Counted from the stretch's first letter, positions 18,830-29,998 are shown. The stretch: 64,000 nucleotides of DNA from Cloacimonetes bacterium SCGC AAA252-N17 (GCA_000404785.1 ASNI01000006.1:3037-67036), one strand, 5' to 3'. The notes: generated by a model not told the origin, from the sequence alone. Made by a program: numbers and translations.

Positions 18830-19495
18830 ATGTTTTTAAAAATAAATAATCTTATTCTTAAGATATTTAGAAAATTAATTAGCTACTTAAAAATCAGAAT
18901 TCATTATGGTTTAGTTTTTTGTTATGATATTAATATAATTAAGAAGATTACAAATTCGAAGAGCAATGCAGAATTAATAAAGTCACCAATCAAAATTGTT
19001 CAATGTAATAACTCAATTGATATTTATAATTATTATAATAAAAATGGTAAATATATTCCTGAAGAAGTAATTGCTGATTGGCTGTTAAATGATTATAGGT
19101 GCTGGCTAGCATATAGCTCAAATGAAATAGCTGGGATTTCTTGGACATGGACAGGAAAAGTACATTTACAGGGTTTAAGTGGTAGAGCTTTTTCGAAAAA
19201 GAAGACAATCGAATTTGAAGAAGACACATTCTATATTTGTCATGTACATGTCGACCGAAAATACAGAGGACAGAATATAATGGCAAAACTTGAAATTGAA
19301 CAGCTTAAATTTCATCTTATTGAGAATAATTATAGCAAAGGGGTCATTACAATGGGTATAGATAATATACCCAGTGTTAAAACTCAAACAAAATTAGGTG
19401 GTAAGTTAATTGTTGTATCTTTTATGTTGTTTTTATTGAATATTCAGTTTCGAAAGTATTTGTACTTTGATAGAAAAGAAAAATGTTGGAATTAA
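18830..19495 (+). CDS. GNAT-family acyltransferase
   Basis: YICHVHVDRKYRGQNIM acetyl-CoA motif; DNIPS...KLGG. Confidence 0.75.
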   Translation: MFLKINNLILKIFRKLISYLKIRIHYGLVFCYDINIIKKITNSKSNAELIKSPIKIVQCNNSIDIYNYYNKNGKYIPEEVIADWLLNDYRCWLAYSSNEIAGISWTWTGKVHLQGLSGRAFSKKKTIEFEEDTFYICHVHVDRKYRGQNIMAKLEIEQLKFHLIENNYSKGVITMGIDNIPSVKTQTKLGGKLIVVSFMLFLLNIQFRKYLYFDRKEKCWN

Positions 19496-19728
19496 CTGAC
19501 TTGAACTAATCTCATATTAAGTTTATTAAATGATTTATAGTAACATTTTATTTGTCTGTAAATTAATTAAAAACTGTTTCTGATCGAGTTTGATCGCAAT
19601 CAATTGATAAATTAATGTTGGCTTTTAGCAGGTTAGGTAAAAAAAAGTTCTATGAAATTTGTTTGATATTATCATTGTGTTTCAATAAACAATTGAATAT
19701 CATTAACTTTTAACTTGATGGAGAAAAG

Positions 19729-20487
19729 ATGATTGAGATTAAGAATACTGTGTTAATTATTGCGGCTGGTATGGGAAGTAGGTTGAGACCTTATACATCA
19801 CAAACTCCTAAATCAATAATAGATATTAATGGAATGACAATGTTAGGTCAATCCTTATTCAACCTTAATGAAATAAATAATTCTGATAATATCATTATTG
19901 ATAAAGTGCTTATTTGTATTGGATATTTAAAAGAAAAGATCAAGCAATATGTGAATTCACTTGAGTTAAAGAATATCAACGTTGAATTCATAGAAAACCC
20001 GTTATATGCAACTCTAAATAATAACTTTAGTGTATGGTTAGCACATTCTCATATTACAGACCAGCAATTGGTGTTAATTAATGGTGATATTTTTTATGAT
20101 AAACAGATACTAATAAGTACTTTTCTTTCAAGATATGAGAACCTGTCTGTTATAGACTCCACAAAACCTTTACCAGAGGATGGAATGAAGGTTTTGGTTA
20201 ATGATGAAAATAGAATTATTGCTTTTAGCAAAACATATTACAATGGATTTGGATGTACAGTAGGCATTCATAAATTCTCAACTGAAGGGACCTCATTATT
20301 TTTGAAAAAGATATATGATCATTTGGAAAATGGTATAAACACTTTTCATCATAAAGCGATTGATGACTTGATTAAATCAAATGAGTTAGATCATTATGCC
20401 TTGGATGTAAATGGCTTTGAATGGATTGAAATTGATGATGTTACAGATTTGCAATCAGCTAAGGAGAATTATTTTGAAGAATTATGA
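19729..20487 (+). CDS. Phosphocholine-cytidylyltransferase-like NTP transferase (LicC-like)
   Basis: IIAAGMGSRLRP..PK; ENP.Y..NN..S; LINGDI; W.EIDD..DL. Confidence 0.85.
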   Translation: MIEIKNTVLIIAAGMGSRLRPYTSQTPKSIIDINGMTMLGQSLFNLNEINNSDNIIIDKVLICIGYLKEKIKQYVNSLELKNINVEFIENPLYATLNNNFSVWLAHSHITDQQLVLINGDIFYDKQILISTFLSRYENLSVIDSTKPLPEDGMKVLVNDENRIIAFSKTYYNGFGCTVGIHKFSTEGTSLFLKKIYDHLENGINTFHHKAIDDLIKSNELDHYALDVNGFEWIEIDDVTDLQSAKENYFEEL

Positions 20488-21688
20488 GATAATTCTAAAT
20501 ACCATAAAAAAACGACGAAGCGTGAGATCATTTATCAGAGACTTTGAAATCGGGGATGATGTCTTGATGAAAATTCTTGAGGCTGCAAAGCATATACCTT
20601 CAGCAAGGAATATTCAGCCTTTAGAATTTATTATAGTTAGAGATAAAAATATTCTAGAATCACTAAATACCGCTTGCCAGCAAAATCAAACTTCACAAGT
20701 AGATGTGGCAATTGTTATAGTGGGTGATTTGATTTTAGCCAGGAAAGTTGGCTCAATAAGTTCACATTCATACACAACTGCTGATAAAGGAAGTAATATT
20801 TTTATTTTTATGGATGCAGCAGCCTCAGCGCAGAATATTCTATTGGCAGCCTGCTCGCTGGGTATAGACACACTTTGGATAAGTAGTTTTGATGAAAAAG
20901 AAATTTCAAGAGTATTGAATATTCCAGAAACATATATTCCCTTGGTAATTATCCCATTAGGCAAAAGAAAGAATGAACCTTTTACCCCGCAGAAGAGACC
21001 GTTGATTGAAAGAATTCATCATGATACATTCCAAGTAATTAATCACGATTTCAGTTATCTTGAAATGTCGAAAAAGATAAATGAGGATAATGGTGAACTA
21101 CAAAATTACACTCATGTAAATCTTCAGACTGCACGTAAGGAATTAACTAAACTTTTAGCTGCTAATTGTAACACTAAACAATCGGAGGAATTCTTACATT
21201 ATGCCAACTCAATAGCAAAGAAATGTAAACTGATTAGCGAACAAATTAACAAAAGAAATAGCTTGCCTGTTAGTCCCAGCAAGCTAGAAGCTATAGGATT
21301 GTTATGTAGAATTGGGCTTATTCTTTCAGATAATATTGAATATGAAGAACTATATTGCTTTGACTACTTGAATAAAAATGGATTTAGCACAATTTCAAAC
21401 ATAATAGTTAGTCCAGTTATTGGATTAGAAAAAATCAGTTTTTATGTTTCGAAAACAAGTATAGAAATTGGTAATATTAGAAATTATGCTATAGATAGTG
21501 TTGAAAAAAAAATATTAACTTTTGTGTTACTTTCCACTAATTCAGATGGTGGTGATATTTATTTTGGAGACAAGATAAATGAGCTTGAAAGTAATTGCTC
21601 AAATATTGTTATTAAAAGCATGTACAATAAAAAACGGAACGAATTAACTGAAATCTGTTTAGAGATTGAAACTCTAGTTAATAAATAA
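20474..21688 (+). CDS. Nitroreductase-family protein fused to a degenerate HD-like domain
   Basis: IKKRRSVRSF, PSARNIQP, DAAASAQNILLAA..LG; TTG start after AAGGAG; C-terminal LEAIGLLCRIG resembles HD-domain A.LLHDIG. Confidence 0.75.
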   Translation: MKNYEIILNTIKKRRSVRSFIRDFEIGDDVLMKILEAAKHIPSARNIQPLEFIIVRDKNILESLNTACQQNQTSQVDVAIVIVGDLILARKVGSISSHSYTTADKGSNIFIFMDAAASAQNILLAACSLGIDTLWISSFDEKEISRVLNIPETYIPLVIIPLGKRKNEPFTPQKRPLIERIHHDTFQVINHDFSYLEMSKKINEDNGELQNYTHVNLQTARKELTKLLAANCNTKQSEEFLHYANSIAKKCKLISEQINKRNSLPVSPSKLEAIGLLCRIGLILSDNIEYEELYCFDYLNKNGFSTISNIIVSPVIGLEKISFYVSKTSIEIGNIRNYAIDSVEKKILTFVLLSTNSDGGDIYFGDKINELESNCSNIVIKSMYNKKRNELTEICLEIETLVNK

Positions 21689-21719
21689 GATGAAGCTGTA
21701 TTAAAAGGATAAACTTAAT

Positions 21720-22673
21720 TTGCAATACTTCACTTTGACTGTAGATACTGAAGCTGATAATGCATGGACTTCACCCGAGAAAATTGAGATGAAAAATTTC
21801 AAAGAGTTAATTCGTTTCCAAGAATTATGTGAGAAGTACAATATTATTCCGACATATTTACTAACATATGAATATGCTACATATAAACCTGCAATTGATT
21901 ATCTAAAACCGAAAGCTTATCAGAGAAAATGTGAAATTGGTCATCACCTACATGTTTGGACTACACCTCCCCTCCAGAAGGAACAGAAAGGTATTGATAT
22001 TGAATGGTTACATGCATATCAGTATGAATTACCAGACAATCTGTTTTACGATAAAGCAAATATGCTTTATAATACAATAGAAAAAAATTTTGGTTTAAAA
22101 CCAAAATCTCATAGAGCTGGTAGATGGGGAATTGATAATCGTACAATTGATTGGTTGGTCAACAAAAATTTTCTCGTAGATACTTCAGTTGTTCCAGGGA
22201 AAGATTATACTGATAGTAAGGGTGTTTTTAGTAGTGGACCAAATTTTCAAAATCAATCTAGTAATTTTTTTTTTTGGAAAACTAATAAAAGCAAAATACT
22301 TGAAGTTCCTGTATCAGTCTATAATAATTTTTTTATTTTTAATAAAGCCTTTATTAAAAATATTTATAAATTTATTCCCAATAATAAAAAAGGGAGTAAA
22401 CTATCCAACATTTCAATATTACGCTTAGATCCAGCTTATTCTTATTCTTTTTATAAAAATGCGATATCAGGAAAATTACAAAAACAATACATCGTAAATA
22501 TGATGCTTCATTCTTCAGAGCTTGCTCTTAATTGTAGTCCCAAATCAAAAATAATGAAATATTATAAAAAAAACTGGCTTGTAATTGAACACGTTTTTAG
22601 AATTGTGAGAAAACTTAAATTAATTTCATGTTCTTTATCTGAAATTTCATTATTATATAAGAAATATGAATAA
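21720..22673 (+). CDS. Polysaccharide deacetylase-like protein (WalW-like)
   Basis: FTLTVDTEAD, EIGHHLH.W, SHRAGRWG, VDTSV.P, LEVPVS, MLHSSEL. Confidence 0.8.
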   Translation: MQYFTLTVDTEADNAWTSPEKIEMKNFKELIRFQELCEKYNIIPTYLLTYEYATYKPAIDYLKPKAYQRKCEIGHHLHVWTTPPLQKEQKGIDIEWLHAYQYELPDNLFYDKANMLYNTIEKNFGLKPKSHRAGRWGIDNRTIDWLVNKNFLVDTSVVPGKDYTDSKGVFSSGPNFQNQSSNFFFWKTNKSKILEVPVSVYNNFFIFNKAFIKNIYKFIPNNKKGSKLSNISILRLDPAYSYSFYKNAISGKLQKQYIVNMMLHSSELALNCSPKSKIMKYYKKNWLVIEHVFRIVRKLKLISCSLSEISLLYKKYE

Positions 22674-22699
22674 ATTTATTACTTTTAAGGAAATTTATT

Positions 22700-24055
22700 T
22701 TGTCTTCTAATAAGGATTTCTTTTTAGCGTTATTTTTTATTTTAATTCTACTCGCTATAATTATAATATTTGCTCACTATGGAATATTAAATTATTTGTA
22801 TCTATTTTTACTAATTTTTTTTATTTTTTTGCTTATAATAAGACCTGAGTTAATAATTTATAGTTATTTAGTAATATTACCTACTAACGGAATTGTTCCC
22901 GCCAAATACAACTTTGTTTTGTTTTTGGGGCTTGATGATATAATAAGCATTCTGGTATTACTTTATTTAATTTTTTATCGAAATTTAAGAAACCCCAAAA
23001 AGAATGTTCTTCAAAAATATAATATTTCATTGATTATAATTATGATAGTAATATACTTTCTTACTAATATAAAAAATTCATATTTTAATATTTATAATGG
23101 GGATTATTTTACAACAATTAAAATTTTATTATCCCTAATACTAAAATATGTTCCTTTAATATATATTTTGGTTAATCTCAATCGTGAAGATGTTAAACTG
23201 TTAACTTGTGTAAGATATGGTATTTATTGTAGCATGATTTTTCTTGTTATTTGTCAGTTTATAACACCCTATTTAGGAGGATTAGATCTATTTACCATGG
23301 TTGATTCTGAATATGCTGGACTTGCTAAAAACGTTACTAATGTTGAAAGATTTGCTGGATTCTATAATGGAGATTCAAATAGCTTCGGGGCATTTTTAGT
23401 AATGAATATTGGATTCCTATTTCTACAATTAAATACAAAAAATACAAAAAAATATTTAATTTATTTTTTTATAGGTATTGCTGTATTAGGAGTTTTACAA
23501 ACGGCATCTAGATCTGCAGAAATTTCTTTAGTAATTATTACCTTAATGTTTTTATATAATAATAGAAGTAGTAAGAATTTTATTCAACTATTAATTCTTC
23601 TTCTATTAATTATTTTTAGTTTTGCTGGTTTTATTTCAAATCAAATATCAAGATTTCATAATGCATCATTCCAGCTTAATACTAATCTTGAAGGAAATAG
23701 AATAATGATCTGGGCAAATTATTTTAATTTTTTTAATATAAATCCTCAATATTTAATAACTGGTTCCCATGAAGAAATATATTTTTATGCAGCTCATAAT
23801 GTGTACATTCAAACGATATTCAATGTAGGTATTTTTCCTCTTTTATATATGTTATATATACTTTATAGAATAATTATTAATGTAATTAAGGAAAATAGAT
23901 ATTTGTTGTACATCATTATTCCATTTGTGATTATTACAATGTATGTGGGCCAAATGTCAGAATTTGCCTTTTTTGTTCTGTTAATCACAGTATCCATAGT
24001 TGATTTTAGAAGAAAAGTGAATTTGAATGTAAAACAAACAAAGGATGAAAGTTAA
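22700..24055 (+). CDS. wzy: O-antigen polymerase/ligase-family membrane protein (Wzy)
   Basis: Many TM helices; RFAG..GDSNSFG, TASRS, R..IW, AHNVY. Confidence 0.75.
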   Translation: MSSNKDFFLALFFILILLAIIIIFAHYGILNYLYLFLLIFFIFLLIIRPELIIYSYLVILPTNGIVPAKYNFVLFLGLDDIISILVLLYLIFYRNLRNPKKNVLQKYNISLIIIMIVIYFLTNIKNSYFNIYNGDYFTTIKILLSLILKYVPLIYILVNLNREDVKLLTCVRYGIYCSMIFLVICQFITPYLGGLDLFTMVDSEYAGLAKNVTNVERFAGFYNGDSNSFGAFLVMNIGFLFLQLNTKNTKKYLIYFFIGIAVLGVLQTASRSAEISLVIITLMFLYNNRSSKNFIQLLILLLLIIFSFAGFISNQISRFHNASFQLNTNLEGNRIMIWANYFNFFNINPQYLITGSHEEIYFYAAHNVYIQTIFNVGIFPLLYMLYILYRIIINVIKENRYLLYIIIPFVIITMYVGQMSEFAFFVLLITVSIVDFRRKVNLNVKQTKDES

Positions 24056-24056
24056 T

Positions 24057-25088
24057 ATGAAAAAAGCACTTATTACAGGAATTAGTGGCCAAGATGGTTC
24101 TTATTTAGCAGAATTATTACTAAATAAAGGTTACGAAGTACATGGAATTATTAGAAGGTCTAGTTTAGAAACTCGAACTAGGATTGATCATTTATACCAA
24201 GACCCTCACTTGAAAGGAAGGAAATTCTTTTTACATTATGGAGATATGACGGATTCTTCTGGATTATCACATCTTATTAAAGCCATATCACCCGACGAAA
24301 TTTATAATCTTGCAGCTCAAAGCCATGTAAGGGTATCTTTCGAGACGCCGGAATATACTGAAAACGTTGATGCCGCTGGAGCATTAAGGATATTAGAAGC
24401 AATAAGGACTCATGGATTTATAGGTAAAACAAAATATTACCAAGCATCAACGAGTGAATTATTTGGTAAAGTTAAAGAAGTCCCTCAAAAAGAAACTACT
24501 CCTTTCTATCCCAGAAGTCCATATGCAGCAGCAAAGATCTATTCCTATTGGATAACTGTTAATTATAGAGAAGCATATAATATATTTGCCACAAATGGAA
24601 TATTATTTAATCATGAATCACCTCGTAGAGGTGATAGTTTTGTAACTAAAAAAATTGTAAATTCAGTTGCAGGAATTGAAAAAGGTAAGTTAAAGAAATT
24701 CTATATGGGCAATATAAACTCGAAACGCGATTGGGGTTATGCGCCAGATTATGTTGATGCTATGTGGAGAATGCTGCAAACAGAATATCCACACGATATT
24801 GTTATTGCAACAGGAGAAACAAATACTGTTCGTGATTTTATAGAACGTGCTTTTAAATATGTTGATATTGAGATTGAATGGCAGGGAAATGGAGTTGATG
24901 AAAAAGGCATTAATCCTAAGAATGACGATGTTTTGCTAGAAATAGATCCTTGGTATTTTAGACCTACAGAAGTAGATATACTTGTTGGTGATGCATCAAA
25001 AGCAAAAAAAATATTAAATTGGGAACCCTCTGTTCGTTATGAAGAACTTATTGAAATTATGATGAAAGACGCATTAGAAACAACATAA
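24057..25088 (+). CDS. gmd: GDP-mannose 4,6-dehydratase
   Basis: [53 protein letters not shown]. Confidence 0.97.
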   Translation: MKKALITGISGQDGSYLAELLLNKGYEVHGIIRRSSLETRTRIDHLYQDPHLKGRKFFLHYGDMTDSSGLSHLIKAISPDEIYNLAAQSHVRVSFETPEYTENVDAAGALRILEAIRTHGFIGKTKYYQASTSELFGKVKEVPQKETTPFYPRSPYAAAKIYSYWITVNYREAYNIFATNGILFNHESPRRGDSFVTKKIVNSVAGIEKGKLKKFYMGNINSKRDWGYAPDYVDAMWRMLQTEYPHDIVIATGETNTVRDFIERAFKYVDIEIEWQGNGVDEKGINPKNDDVLLEIDPWYFRPTEVDILVGDASKAKKILNWEPSVRYEELIEIMMKDALETT

Positions 25089-25122
25089 GGTAGATTTACA
25101 TCTGATAATTAAGGATTATCAA

Positions 25123-26229
25123 GTGAATAATAAATATTTCGAAATTCCGATAACCATTCCAGACCTTTCAGGAAATGAATACAAATACTTATGTGATGCT
25201 TTTCAATCAACTTGGATCTCTAGTAGTGGAGAATATATTAATAAATTTGAGAATAAATTTTCCAGTTTTTGCGAAAGTGATTATGGTATAGCTGTATCAA
25301 ACGGTACAGTTGCAATACACTTGGCTTTGGTTTCTCTAGGAATTAAATCAGGTGACGAGGTTATTGTTCCTGATCTCACTTTTGCTGCAACAATTAATGC
25401 AGTGTTACATGCTAACGCAATACCTGTTATAGTTGATATTGAGAAAGATAGCTGGTGTATATCTCCCGTAGAGATTGAAAAGGCAATTACTCCTAAAACC
25501 AAAGCTATAATTCCTGTACATCTATATGGGCAACCTGCAGATATGGATAACATCATGAAGATTGCAAAAGCAAATAATTTATTTGTTATCGAAGATTGTG
25601 CAGAAGCACATGGAGCAAAATTCAATAATCGCAAAGTAGGTTCTTTTGGAGATATTGGCTGTTACTCTTTTTTTGCGAACAAGATTATTACAACCGGTGA
25701 AGGTGGAATGTGTGTTACAAATAACCAGAAATATTATTCTAAAATGAGGAAACTTAGAGATCATGGGATGAGTAAAAACCAAAAATATTGGCATGATGAA
25801 ATCGGATTTAATTATAGGATGACAAATTTGCAAGCTGCAATTGGTGTTGCGCAACTTGAGCGAATCGAAGCAATATTAGAGGAAAAAAAAGCTCTTGAAG
25901 CAAGATATAGAAAAGTCCTTGATGTATGTGAAAATATTCGTTTTCAAGAAAATGATTTAAACGAAAGAGAAAAAATTACTTGGTTAGTATCAATATTGGT
26001 TAATGGTAATAGAGATAATTATTTAACCAATTTGCATGAGAAAGGAATTGATGCCAGACCATTTTTCTATCCTTTGAGTATAATGCCTCCATATAAAGAT
26101 TATTTATTCAGTAATAAAAATAGCGTTGAAATTTCACAAAAAGGTATAAATTTACCAACAAGCAAGAATGTAACTAATAGTATTCTTAAACAAGTTAAAC
26201 AGTTATTTCTGGAGTATCCAAATGATTAA
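25123..26229 (+). CDS. per: DegT-family aminotransferase, perosamine synthase-like
   Basis: SNGTVAIHLAL, VHLYGQP, EDCAEAHGA, SFFANKIITTGEGG; directly follows gmd. Confidence 0.8.
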   Translation: MNNKYFEIPITIPDLSGNEYKYLCDAFQSTWISSSGEYINKFENKFSSFCESDYGIAVSNGTVAIHLALVSLGIKSGDEVIVPDLTFAATINAVLHANAIPVIVDIEKDSWCISPVEIEKAITPKTKAIIPVHLYGQPADMDNIMKIAKANNLFVIEDCAEAHGAKFNNRKVGSFGDIGCYSFFANKIITTGEGGMCVTNNQKYYSKMRKLRDHGMSKNQKYWHDEIGFNYRMTNLQAAIGVAQLERIEAILEEKKALEARYRKVLDVCENIRFQENDLNEREKITWLVSILVNGNRDNYLTNLHEKGIDARPFFYPLSIMPPYKDYLFSNKNSVEISQKGINLPTSKNVTNSILKQVKQLFLEYPND

Positions 26230-26938
26230 TTCAAAAAGAGTACTTGCCCTTATCCCCGCGAGAGGAGGAAGTAAAGGTTTACCAGGTAAAAACATTAAAG
26301 TAATAAATGGAAAACCTCTAATCAACTGGACTATTAATACAGCTCTTAATACAAAAGAAATTGATAAAGTTATTGTCTCAACTGATGATAAAGCGATTGC
26401 TGACATTGCTAAAAAAGCAGGGGCATCTATTCCTTTTTTAAGACCAAAATATTTAGCACAAGATAATTCAGGTTCTGTGGACGTCTTATTACATGCGATT
26501 AATTATTTAGAGAGAAAAAATGAGGACTATGATTTGATTATGTTGTTAGAACCAACATCGCCTTTACGGAAAAAAGAAGATTTATCTTTAGCAATTAATA
26601 AATTCACTTCAAATTTTGAAAACTTTGACGGCATTGTATCCTTAGGGGAAATTCATTTAGAAAATCCTGTGATTACAAAGATTATCAAGAATGGATTTGT
26701 TTCACCATTCTTCGAATATAAATCAATATCGCAAAGACAGCAATACCCACGGGTTTTTTTCCCTTATGGTGTAATATATGCAGTAAAAATTGAATTACTG
26801 AAAAAAAATAAAACAATATATAATAAACACTCAATGCCATATATAATCGAAAGATGGCAAAACTATGAAATTGATGACTATTATGATTTTATTTGCATTG
26901 AACAAATACTTAAGTTAAAAGAAAAGGAAATATTGTGA
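26222..26938 (+). CDS. neuA: Acylneuraminate cytidylyltransferase (CMP-nonulosonate synthetase)
   Basis: LIPARGGSKGLPGKN, VSTDD, LEPTSPLR, EIDD. Confidence 0.9.
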   Translation: MINSKRVLALIPARGGSKGLPGKNIKVINGKPLINWTINTALNTKEIDKVIVSTDDKAIADIAKKAGASIPFLRPKYLAQDNSGSVDVLLHAINYLERKNEDYDLIMLLEPTSPLRKKEDLSLAINKFTSNFENFDGIVSLGEIHLENPVITKIIKNGFVSPFFEYKSISQRQQYPRVFFPYGVIYAVKIELLKKNKTIYNKHSMPYIIERWQNYEIDDYYDFICIEQILKLKEKEIL

Positions 26939-27924
26939 AATTTTTAGTAATTGGATTAGGCTCAATGGGTAGAAGACGGATTAGATGTTTGCAAGCACTT
27001 GGCTATAAAGATATTGTCGGTATTGATCCTAGGAATGATCGTCGATCAGAATCCCTATCTAATTATTCAATAGATTCCTACAGTACAATATCGGACATTA
27101 ATGTCTCAGATTTTGATATAATGATTATTTCAACACCTCCAGATATACATAAGACTTACTTGAAGATTGCCATCAAATACAATAAACCTACTTTTGTAGA
27201 AGCTGGGGTGATTTTGGATGATGCAATAACTATCTTGAATACTAATAGAAATGACACGTATATTGCTCCAAGTTGTACACTAAAATTTCATCCTCTTATA
27301 AAAGATTTGAAACATTTAATCAACTCTAAAAAATATGGAAAACTTTCAAATTTCACTTACCATTCTGGCAATTATCTGCCAGATTGGCATCCTTGGGAAA
27401 AAGTTTCTGATTTTTATGTTTCAAATAGAATAACTGGGGGGGCAAGAGAAATAGTACCGTTTGAATTGACTTGGTTGATTGACATATTTGAAAATCCTAT
27501 TGATTTGAAAGCTTATTTTCAGAAAACCATTAATATGGGTGCTGATATTGAAGACACGTATTTATTTCAGTTAAAATTTGTGGAGGGATTAGGATCAGTA
27601 ATTATAGACGTTACTTCTAGATTTAGCACAAGAAGCTTGATAGTAAATTTGGAAGAAGCGCAGATAAGATGGAATTGGGAAGAGAATAAATTAAAAGTTT
27701 ATGAAGCAGAAAATAGGAGATGGGTAGAGTATTATCAATATACCGGTGAAGCTGAAAAGGGTTATAATAAGAATATCATCGAGCAAATGTATATTGATGA
27801 AATTGCAGCTTTTTTACTAGGAATCAGCGATAAAAGTAAATTTCCTAATAGCTTAAATGATGACGTGAAAATTCTAAAAATACTCGAAAAAATTGAAAAA
27901 TCGGATGGAGGATTTAGCAGATGA
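26935..27924 (+). CDS. Gfo/Idh/MocA-family oxidoreductase
   Basis: LVIGLGSMGRR, ISTPP..H, YLPDWHPWE. Confidence 0.85.
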   Translation: MKFLVIGLGSMGRRRIRCLQALGYKDIVGIDPRNDRRSESLSNYSIDSYSTISDINVSDFDIMIISTPPDIHKTYLKIAIKYNKPTFVEAGVILDDAITILNTNRNDTYIAPSCTLKFHPLIKDLKHLINSKKYGKLSNFTYHSGNYLPDWHPWEKVSDFYVSNRITGGAREIVPFELTWLIDIFENPIDLKAYFQKTINMGADIEDTYLFQLKFVEGLGSVIIDVTSRFSTRSLIVNLEEAQIRWNWEENKLKVYEAENRRWVEYYQYTGEAEKGYNKNIIEQMYIDEIAAFLLGISDKSKFPNSLNDDVKILKILEKIEKSDGGFSR

Positions 27925-29213
27925 ACTATAGTGAAAAACTAAATAATTTAATACCAGGTGGAGCACATACTTATAGTAGAGGTGATGATCAATATCCATC
28001 TAATGCACCTAAAATATTAGCAAAAGGAAAAGGCTGTTATGTTTGGGATACAGAAGGTAACAAGTATCTCGATTATGGTATGGCGTTAAGAGCAAATACG
28101 ATAGGCTATTCATATGAACCCATAGATAATGCAGCTATTAAAGAAATACAAAATGGTAATAATTTAACGAGAGCGTCAATGATTGAATTAAAGGCTGCAG
28201 AAGTGATTACAGCATTAATCCCTTCTGCTGATATGGTTAAGTTTGCTAAAAACGGTTCAACTGCTACGTCAGCTGCGGTCAAATTGGCTCGAGCCTATAC
28301 TGGAAGGAAAATGATTGCACGCTGTGTTGACCATCCATTCTTTTCTTATGATGATTGGTTCATTGGTGACACACCTCTTATCAAGGGAATTCCTCAAGAG
28401 ATTTATAAATTAACACTAAATTTTCATTATAATGATCTACCTTCGTTGAAAAAACTATTTGACGAGTACCCAAATGAAATTGCATGTATTATTTTACAAC
28501 CAGCTGTAAACGAAAAACCTAAAGATGGTTTCTTGCACAAAGCAAAAGAGCTATGTCACCAAAATGGTACTCTATTCATATTGGACGAGATGATCACAGG
28601 TTTTAGATGGCATCTTAACGGAGCCGAATCCTATTATGATATCAAACCGGACCTCTCAACTTTTGGCAAAGGTATGGCAAACGGATTTTCCGTGGCAGCA
28701 CTTACTGGTAAAAGAGAGATTATGAATCTTGGCGGGATTAAAGAAGTTGGTAAAGAGAGAGTATTTCTAGTATCTACGACACATGGAGCTGAAATGTCTG
28801 GCCTGGGTGCATTCGTAAAAACTGTAGATTGTTACAAAGAACTAAAAGTGGTAGAACACCTCTGGGATTATGGTAGAAAAATGATAGATGGCATGAACAA
28901 TATTGCCAAAGATTTTGGTTTAGAAAACTATTTCATTGCTAAAGGTTATCCCTGCTCCCCTGAGTATTGTACCTTAGATCAATCGGGCAATAATTCTCTA
29001 GATTTTAGAACACTTTTTTCTCAGGAAATGATAAAAAATGGTGTGCTGATTCCCTGGATTGCTCTTAGTTACGCTCACAATGAGCTTGAACTTGAACTTA
29101 CATTTGAAGCTACCAGGAAATCGTTGCAGATTTACGAACAAGCTCTTGATAAAGGATTAAAAAGATATTTAGTTGGTGATTCTATAAAACCAGTTTTCAG
29201 GAAATATAATTGA
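27921..29213 (+). CDS. Class III PLP aminotransferase (glutamate-1-semialdehyde aminomutase-like)
   Basis: KGCYVWD..YLDY, FAKNGSTATSAAVKLARAYTG, DEMITGFR, TFGKGMANG. Confidence 0.88.
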   Translation: MNYSEKLNNLIPGGAHTYSRGDDQYPSNAPKILAKGKGCYVWDTEGNKYLDYGMALRANTIGYSYEPIDNAAIKEIQNGNNLTRASMIELKAAEVITALIPSADMVKFAKNGSTATSAAVKLARAYTGRKMIARCVDHPFFSYDDWFIGDTPLIKGIPQEIYKLTLNFHYNDLPSLKKLFDEYPNEIACIILQPAVNEKPKDGFLHKAKELCHQNGTLFILDEMITGFRWHLNGAESYYDIKPDLSTFGKGMANGFSVAALTGKREIMNLGGIKEVGKERVFLVSTTHGAEMSGLGAFVKTVDCYKELKVVEHLWDYGRKMIDGMNNIAKDFGLENYFIAKGYPCSPEYCTLDQSGNNSLDFRTLFSQEMIKNGVLIPWIALSYAHNELELELTFEATRKSLQIYEQALDKGLKRYLVGDSIKPVFRKYN

Positions 29214-29998
29214 TAAAAATTGCTTTAGTATCATTGAATCATGTATGGGAAAACAAACAAAAAAACAAGCAGAATTGTATTACATATATAAAAAAAGCTG
29301 CAGATCAAAAGGCAGAAATTGTAATATTCCCGGAAATGACTTTAACTGGATTTTCCATGAAGAGCCGTGAAATAGCAGAGGATATAGATGGATCAGAAAC
29401 AATTGAATTCTTTCGGAAAATGGCCTTGGAATATTTTATAACAATAGTATTTGGTATAGTACTGTTTTCCTCAGAAAATCCCACAAACAATCTATTTGCT
29501 ATATCTCCCGAAGGGAAAATACTGGTTAAATATACAAAGATTCATCCTTTTACATATTCATCGGAAGATAAGTATTATACCAAGGGGAATGAGCTTGCAG
29601 AGTGTACGATCGGAGGAATTACTTTTGGATATGCAATTTGCTATGATCTTCGTTTTCCAGAACTTTATCAAGCTCTATCCAAACAATCTAAAATAATAAT
29701 AACAATTGCTAACTGGCCAAAAGCTAGAGTTGGCCACTGGAAAGTTCTTCTTAGGGCAAGGGCAATAGAAAACCAGTCTGTTTGCATTGGCGTAAATAGA
29801 GTTGGTGAAGATGGAAATGGTATCGAATATGTTAAAAGCTCTTTCGTTTTTGATCAATCCGGAAACATGATACTTCCAGAATTCTCTGAAAATGAATTTG
29901 ATGTTTTCGATATTGATGTAGCAAAAGTTAATGAAGAAAGAGATAGATTTCCAATAAAAAATGATAGGCGTATAGATTTGTATAAAAAGGTACTATAA
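29210..29998 (+). CDS. Carbon-nitrogen hydrolase (nitrilase family)
   Basis: E-K-C triad: FPEM, YTKIH, ICYDLRFPE. Confidence 0.9.
   Translation: MIKIALVSLNHVWENKQKNKQNCITYIKKAADQKAEIVIFPEMTLTGFSMKSREIAEDIDGSETIEFFRKMALEYFITIVFGIVLFSSENPTNNLFAISPEGKILVKYTKIHPFTYSSEDKYYTKGNELAECTIGGITFGYAICYDLRFPELYQALSKQSKIIITIANWPKARVGHWKVLLRARAIENQSVCIGVNRVGEDGNGIEYVKSSFVFDQSGNMILPEFSENEFDVFDIDVAKVNEERDRFPIKNDRRIDLYKKVL

Noticed and set aside
20474-21688. Nitroreductase as BluB
   Set aside because: Only generic nitroreductase motifs are recognisable; I see no BluB-specific signature.
27921-29213. Class III aminotransferase as heme-pathway hemL
   Set aside because: It overlaps its neighbours in a nonulosonate gene block and no tetrapyrrole genes are nearby.
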